Origin: an uncultured delta proteobacterium
GTDB lineage: Bacteria > Desulfobacterota > RBG-13-43-22
DNA: 64,000 nt
Assembly (NCBI GenBank): GCA_963790475.1
Contig: CAWBOS010000012.1
Coordinates: forward strand, 1,248,001 to 1,312,000
Direction: 5' to 3'
How positions within the stretch are numbered: position 1 is the stretch's first letter; every line of letters starts with the position of its first letter. Of this stretch, positions 59,119-64,000 are shown piece after piece. The translations under genes and the position numbers were made by a program. The notes beneath the pieces are model-generated. The model saw only the letters and a program-made list of their open reading frames with translations. It did not search any database and was not told where the DNA came from.

Positions 59119-60297
59119 ATGGACTTTGTCGATTTAAAATACCAGCAACAACGAATTAAAGATAAACTCGAATCCAGGATTCAAGCCGTTCTGGCTCATG
59201 GCCAATATATCATGGGCCCCGAAGTCAAAGAACTGGAAGAACGACTGGCTGAGTACGTAGGCGTAAACCAGGCCGTAAGCTGCGCTTCGGGTACCGATGC
59301 CCTGCTCCTGGCCCTGATGGCTTTTAATCTTGGACCGGGCGAGGCGATATTTACCACCCCGTTTACCTTTGTGGCCACGGCCGAGGTGATCAGCCTCCTG
59401 GGGGCTACCCCCATCTTTGTGGATATAGATCCCCAGACTTTTAACCTGGATCCCAACAAACTTGAATTGGCCATCAGGGCCTTAAAGTCGAACGATCCGA
59501 CCATCCATCCGCTCCCCCGTTTTGACTCGCCCCTCGTCACTCGTTACTCGTCGCTTCGCCCGAAGGGCCTGATCTCCGTGGATCTGTTCGGCCTGCCGGC
59601 TGATTTTGACCGCATCAATACCATTGCCCGGGAACACCTCCTTTATGTTATCGAAGATGCGGCCCAATCTTTCGGGGCTGAATATCACAACAGGAGAGCC
59701 TGTGCCTTATCCGAGGTTGCCTGTACTTCTTTCTTCCCGTCTAAACCACTGGGGGCTTACGGGGACGGCGGCATGTGTTTTACTCAGGATGACCACCTGG
59801 CCGATGTAATGCGATCTATTAGGATTCATGGGCAAGGTGTTAATAAATATGAGAATGTAAGAATTGGATTTAACGGGCGGTTGGATACCCTTCAAGCGGC
59901 CGTATTGCTGGCCAAATTTGAAATCTTTTCGGAGGAGATCGAATTAAGGAATCAAGTGGCGAAACGGTACACCGATCTTCTCACCCGCTACTCGTCACTC
60001 GTCACTCCTTCTATTCCTGGAGAGATGAAGAGCGCCTGGGCCCAGTACTCTGTTCTATCCAAGAATTCAACTGAGCGGCAAAATTTTATTCAAAAACTTA
60101 AAGGGGCTTCCATTCCCACGGCCATCTATTATCCAAAACCCTTGCATCTTCAAACTGCTTTTACCTTTCTGGGATATAAGGAAGGTCAATTCCCAGTCAG
60201 CGAGGATTGTGCCCGGCGAATTTTCAGCTTGCCCATGCATCCTTATTTAAAGCTGGAAGATCAGGAGAGAATAGTAAGTATTCTCAGCCAGGTGTAA
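59119..60297 (+). CDS. DegT/DnrJ/EryC1/StrS sugar aminotransferase (WbpE-like)
   Basis: SGTDAL, PFTFVATAE, IEDAAQSFG, SFFPSKPLGAYGDGG, NGRLDTLQAA, SLPMHP. Confidence 0.95.
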   Translation: MDFVDLKYQQQRIKDKLESRIQAVLAHGQYIMGPEVKELEERLAEYVGVNQAVSCASGTDALLLALMAFNLGPGEAIFTTPFTFVATAEVISLLGATPIFVDIDPQTFNLDPNKLELAIRALKSNDPTIHPLPRFDSPLVTRYSSLRPKGLISVDLFGLPADFDRINTIAREHLLYVIEDAAQSFGAEYHNRRACALSEVACTSFFPSKPLGAYGDGGMCFTQDDHLADVMRSIRIHGQGVNKYENVRIGFNGRLDTLQAAVLLAKFEIFSEEIELRNQVAKRYTDLLTRYSSLVTPSIPGEMKSAWAQYSVLSKNSTERQNFIQKLKGASIPTAIYYPKPLHLQTAFTFLGYKEGQFPVSEDCARRIFSLPMHPYLKLEDQERIVSILSQV

Positions 60298-60313
60298 GGA
60301 TAATCTTAACACT

Positions 60314-61615
60314 CTACTTAGCCTTTTTGAAAACCCGTTTGAAAATCACATCCACATTTTTTAACATATGACCGAGGTTGAATAGTCCAGTCAGTTCCCT
60401 GGGGGTCAGCCATTGTTTTATCCTCGGGTCCTGCTTCAGCAACTCTTCAAAACTTTTCTCCCCGGCCCAGATCTTCATGGCATTTTCCTGCACGACCGGG
60501 TAAGCTTCTTCACGAGTTATTCCCTTTCTGGTCAAGGCCAACAGGATCCCTTCAGAAAAAATTAATCCTTTTGTTATCATAACATTTTTCTTCATGTTAT
60601 TTGGATAAATAATTAAATTACTTATAATATTTGTTAGTCTATTCAGCATATAATCCAGGAGGGTTGTGGCATCAGGACCGATCACCCGTTCCACGGAGGA
60701 GTGACTGATATCCCTTTCATGCCACAGGGCTTGGTTTTCCATGGCGGCCAGGGCATAACCACGGACCAGCCTGGACAAACCGGTCAGATTCTCCGAGGCA
60801 ATTGGATTTCTCTTATGGGGCATAGCCGAAGAACCTTTTTGTCCTTTGGAAAAGTATTCTTCCGCCTCCAAGACCTCCGTCCGTTGAAGGTGTCTGATTT
60901 CCACAGACATCTTTTCAATGGAACCGGCAATAACGGCCAAGGTGCAAAAATACTCGGCGTAGCGGTCCCGCTGAATGATCTGGCTGGAAGCGGGCGCGGG
61001 TTTGAGTCCCAAGCTGCGGCAGACATAGGCCTCAACCCGGGGGGAGATATGGGCGAAGGTCCCCACCGCCCCGGATATTTTGCCGACGGCAATGGTCTCC
61101 CGGGCCTGAATTAGACGGCGGAGATTACGGCCGGCCTCATCATACCAGAGGGCCATTTTCAACCCAAAGGTAATGGGTTCGGCATGAATACCGTGAGAAC
61201 GGCCGATCATGACTGTTTTTTTATGGGCCAGGGCCTGGTCCTTTAATACCGATTGCAGGACCTTCATATCCTCTATCAGGACCCCGGCGGCCTCCTTGAG
61301 CAGGACGGACATGGAGGTGTCCAATACATCGGATGAAGTCAGCCCCAGATGGATGTGGCGGCTGGCCGGACCCACATGTTCGGCGACATTGGTCAGGAAA
61401 GCGATGACATCGTGTTTGGTGATCTGCTCCAATTCTTCGATCTGCTCCACTGAAAAGCGGGCTTTCTTTTTGATTTGCTCCAGGTCCCGGGGAGGGATAT
61501 GACCCAGTCGGGAAAGGGCTTCACAAGCCAGAATTTCCACCTCAAGCCATTTCTGGTATTTATTCTGCTGACTCCAGATGTTGGCCATAACAGGACGGGT
61601 GTAACGAGGGATCAT
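60314..61615 (-). CDS. purB: Adenylosuccinate lyase
   Basis: MIPRY, TKHDV, HLGLTSSD, GRSHGIHAEP, GSSAMPHKRNP, WHERDISHSS. Confidence 0.96.
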   Translation of the reverse strand: MIPRYTRPVMANIWSQQNKYQKWLEVEILACEALSRLGHIPPRDLEQIKKKARFSVEQIEELEQITKHDVIAFLTNVAEHVGPASRHIHLGLTSSDVLDTSMSVLLKEAAGVLIEDMKVLQSVLKDQALAHKKTVMIGRSHGIHAEPITFGLKMALWYDEAGRNLRRLIQARETIAVGKISGAVGTFAHISPRVEAYVCRSLGLKPAPASSQIIQRDRYAEYFCTLAVIAGSIEKMSVEIRHLQRTEVLEAEEYFSKGQKGSSAMPHKRNPIASENLTGLSRLVRGYALAAMENQALWHERDISHSSVERVIGPDATTLLDYMLNRLTNIISNLIIYPNNMKKNVMITKGLIFSEGILLALTRKGITREEAYPVVQENAMKIWAGEKSFEELLKQDPRIKQWLTPRELTGLFNLGHMLKNVDVIFKRVFKKAK

Positions 61616-61629
61616 GAAAATCTCCATTG

Positions 61630-61685
61630 AAGGTATAAGGTATAAGGTATAAGGTTCAGGGTTCAGGGTTCAGGGTTCAGGGTTC
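61630..61685. repeat. Heptamer tandem repeat, 8 units
   Basis: AAGGTAT x3, AAGGTTC, AGGGTTC x4. Confidence 0.85.
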
Positions 61686-61749
61686 CGAAGAGTTATTAAA
61701 CTGAATTGGTACTTGCCTGTCAATGAAAAATTGATTATCTTTGCTTAGA

Positions 61750-61842
61750 AAGGGTCCAAGGGGTCTAGGAGTCGAGGGTTCATGTGTTTCGGCTTCCGAG
61801 CTTTTATCTTGAAACCTTGATCCCTTGATCCCTTGAATCCTT
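61750..61842. repeat. Octamer tandem/inverted repeat
   Basis: aagggtcc aaggggtc taggagtc gagggttc ... cttgaaac cttgatcc cttgatcc cttgaatc. Confidence 0.65.
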
Positions 61843-61854
61843 TGTGATTTTTTT

Positions 61855-64000
61855 ATGGACGATAAGTTTTGGAATGAAGAGGTTGAGAGACTGAGCCGGA
61901 CCGGTCCCGGTCTCCAGACTGTGATTCAAGAAATCCTGGCCGGCCGTCTCCCTTTCCGGGTTGCCGGGCTGCAGGGATCGTCCCCGGCCTATTTTCTTCA
62001 TCAGACCTGGACCCGGGTCCGAAGACCGATGCTGGTGGTCTGTGCCGATCCGGAAGAGGCCCAAAACCTTTTTAAGGATCTGCTCTTTTTTGCCGGGCGG
62101 GACCCCGAAGAAATTCAATTTTTTTTACCGTCCCCCATTCTCTATTTCCCGGTTTATGAAACACCGGACTTTCGGGAATATGCCCCGCAAACGGATACCG
62201 TGGCCCAGCGACTGGCCTGCCTCTATTCTTTGCTCACCCGCCCCGGACCGATGCTCCTGATTACCTCGATTCAGGCCCTTCATTCGGCGGTCATGCCCAG
62301 GGAATTACTTTCAAGTCAGGTGGATTATCTGGTCCGCAAAGAAGAAACCGCCAGAGAGGAACTCCTGGCGCAGTTAGTCCGGTGGGGCTATTTAAGGACC
62401 CCGCTGGTCGAAGGGGTTGGGGACCTAAGTGTCCGAGGCGGGATCCTGGATATATTCCCTCCCCTCCACAGCCGTCCGGTCCGGGTCGAATTTTTCGGGG
62501 ACCAAGTAGATTCCATCCGGGAATTCAATCCTGCCACCCAGCGGTCGGTTCTGGACCTGGAGGAGTTGGTCCTTCTCCCGGTCAGCGAAATCCTTTGGGA
62601 CCCGGAAAGAATACACCTGGCCGGAGTTAGACTGGAGCAGGCCTTGAGTAAAGGGGCCATTGCTGAAAACGAAGCCTCCTGGCTTAAACATCGCCTGGAT
62701 CAAGGCCTCCCTTTTGAAGGGGGAGAACGTTGGTTGTCCTGGTTCTATGAAATACCGGGTTGTTTAAAAGAGTATCTGCCCCACGATTTTCTCTTAGTCT
62801 GGAATGACCCTTTGTCGTTGCAGCGGGGCATGCCGGCCGAAGCCCCCGATCCTCAAAAAAAGTTTTGGGACGGCTGGGAAGATGTTCCGGCTATTTCCCT
62901 GGAGAATTTGCCGGTTGAAACACCGGGGATGATAACCGGCCCTCTCTGGTCTTTATCGACCAAGGAAAATCAGGAGATCAGCCATATTATCCGGGAACAG
63001 TCTTCGTCCAAGGAGGGACTTCAAAAACTGGCGGCTTTCCTTTCCGCCTGGAAAGAACTGGAACAGGAAATCTGGATCATTGTTTCTCAAGATGCTCAAG
63101 CCAGACGACTGCGGGACATCCTCTCCTTCTATCAGATTGATGTCTCTTATTTCCCCGAACAGAAGCACCTGTTCGGCGGGCAAAACCCCGGTGTGCGTAT
63201 CCTGACCGGCCGTCTTTCGGGGGGGTTTCGAATGAAATCCCCATCCCTGATTTTCCTGACCGAGAAAGAGATCTTCGAGCCTAAAAAGGAGATCCGGAAA
63301 AAAGACCGGAAAGAGGATTTAGAGGCCTATATTACCTCGTTGGATGATCTGAAGGCCGATGACTTCATAGTCCATAAGGATCATGGTATCGGCTTGTACC
63401 GGGGCCTGCAATTTTTTAAATTGGACGGCTGGGAGGGCGAATTCCTATTTATTGAATATGCCGAAGGGGACAAGCTCTATATCCCGGTGGACCGGCTTCT
63501 GGGGATCCATAAATTTATAGGTCTGGAGGGACAGGTCCCTTCTCTGGACCGGTTGGGCGGGGCCGGATGGAAGAAGTCCAAAGCCAAAGTCAAAAAGGCC
63601 GTGGAGAAAATCGCCCAGGAATTGGTGGACCTCTATGCCCACCGGGCGGTCAGCAAGGGCTTTGCCTTTTCCGGCCGCGATCAGATGTTCAAGGAATTTG
63701 AGGCCGCCTTTCCCTATGAAGAGACCCCGGATCAACTGAGGGTAATCGAAGAAGTGCTGGGCGATATGGAGTCGGAAAAGCCCATGGATCGCTTAGTGTG
63801 CGGTGATGTGGGATACGGCAAAACCGAGGTGGCCCTGCGGGCCGCTTTTCGGGCGGTGCTGGATGGAAAACAGGTGGCGGTTTTGGTTCCGACCACGGTT
63901 TTGGCTGAACAGCATTATCAAACCATGTCCCGGCGTTTTGGGGGCTATCCGGTTGAAGTCCGGATCTTGAGCCGGTTCAAAAGCCCCAAGGAACAGAAAC
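61855..64000 (+). CDS. mfd: Transcription-repair coupling factor (partial, runs off the window end)
   Basis: Manual translation from ATG 61855: VRGGILDIFP, VEFFGD, VHKDHGIG, FPYEETPDQ, PMDRLVCGDVGYGKTEVA, VPTTVLAEQH in one frame. Confidence 0.95.
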   Translation, partial: MDDKFWNEEVERLSRTGPGLQTVIQEILAGRLPFRVAGLQGSSPAYFLHQTWTRVRRPMLVVCADPEEAQNLFKDLLFFAGRDPEEIQFFLPSPILYFPVYETPDFREYAPQTDTVAQRLACLYSLLTRPGPMLLITSIQALHSAVMPRELLSSQVDYLVRKEETAREELLAQLVRWGYLRTPLVEGVGDLSVRGGILDIFPPLHSRPVRVEFFGDQVDSIREFNPATQRSVLDLEELVLLPVSEILWDPERIHLAGVRLEQALSKGAIAENEASWLKHRLDQGLPFEGGERWLSWFYEIPGCLKEYLPHDFLLVWNDPLSLQRGMPAEAPDPQKKFWDGWEDVPAISLENLPVETPGMITGPLWSLSTKENQEISHIIREQSSSKEGLQKLAAFLSAWKELEQEIWIIVSQDAQARRLRDILSFYQIDVSYFPEQKHLFGGQNPGVRILTGRLSGGFRMKSPSLIFLTEKEIFEPKKEIRKKDRKEDLEAYITSLDDLKADDFIVHKDHGIGLYRGLQFFKLDGWEGEFLFIEYAEGDKLYIPVDRLLGIHKFIGLEGQVPSLDRLGGAGWKKSKAKVKKAVEKIAQELVDLYAHRAVSKGFAFSGRDQMFKEFEAAFPYEETPDQLRVIEEVLGDMESEKPMDRLVCGDVGYGKTEVALRAAFRAVLDGKQVAVLVPTTVLAEQHYQTMSRRFGGYPVEVRILSRFKSPKEQK

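Noticed and set aside
61855-62260. Apparent absence or fragmentation of mfd in the ORF track
   Set aside because: Motifs from start to window end lie in one frame; the gene is missing from the track because it has no stop within the window.
5410-63735. Numerous antisense or overlapping ORFs in the ORF track (e.g. 21661-22347, 41176-41832, 55859-56482, 25410-26015, 45843-46247)
   Set aside because: They are shadow frames of well-supported genes and have no recognisable motifs.

Overview
This is a 64 kb chromosomal segment of an anaerobic bacterium, most likely Desulfobacterota (Deltaproteobacteria). The taxonomy is inferred from the tmRNA tag ADNYDYALAA, stand-alone nifU-nifS, an AOR-family enzyme and sigma54 regulation. 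Housekeeping and metabolic genes include nadC-nadB, a frameshifted dnaA-family gene without dnaN, pmm/pgm-manC, nifU-nifS, mce, ssrA, purB, a partial mfd and an archaeal-type glyA. There are four accessory zones. (1) A sigma54-controlled ApbE/redoxin flavinylation module, whose promoter shares an upstream motif at identical spacing with a second promoter (14-20 kb). (2) An integrase-less integron-cassette remnant with Mrr, a UDG-fold gene and toxin-antitoxin debris (30-34 kb). (3) A debris island with a complete IS1634-family element, a truncated BRO gene, an orphan cas5e fragment and vapBC, upstream of tmRNA (46.5-50.8 kb). (4) A surface-polysaccharide operon (53-60 kb). The most striking unexplained structure is in zone 4: a GxxExxY gene bracketed by inverted 9-mer repeats and two hairpins, with two gene-less derivatives of the same ends in neighbouring spacers, suggesting an undescribed autonomous/non-autonomous mobile element family. 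All calls come from reading the sequence and recalled family motifs; no searches were run.
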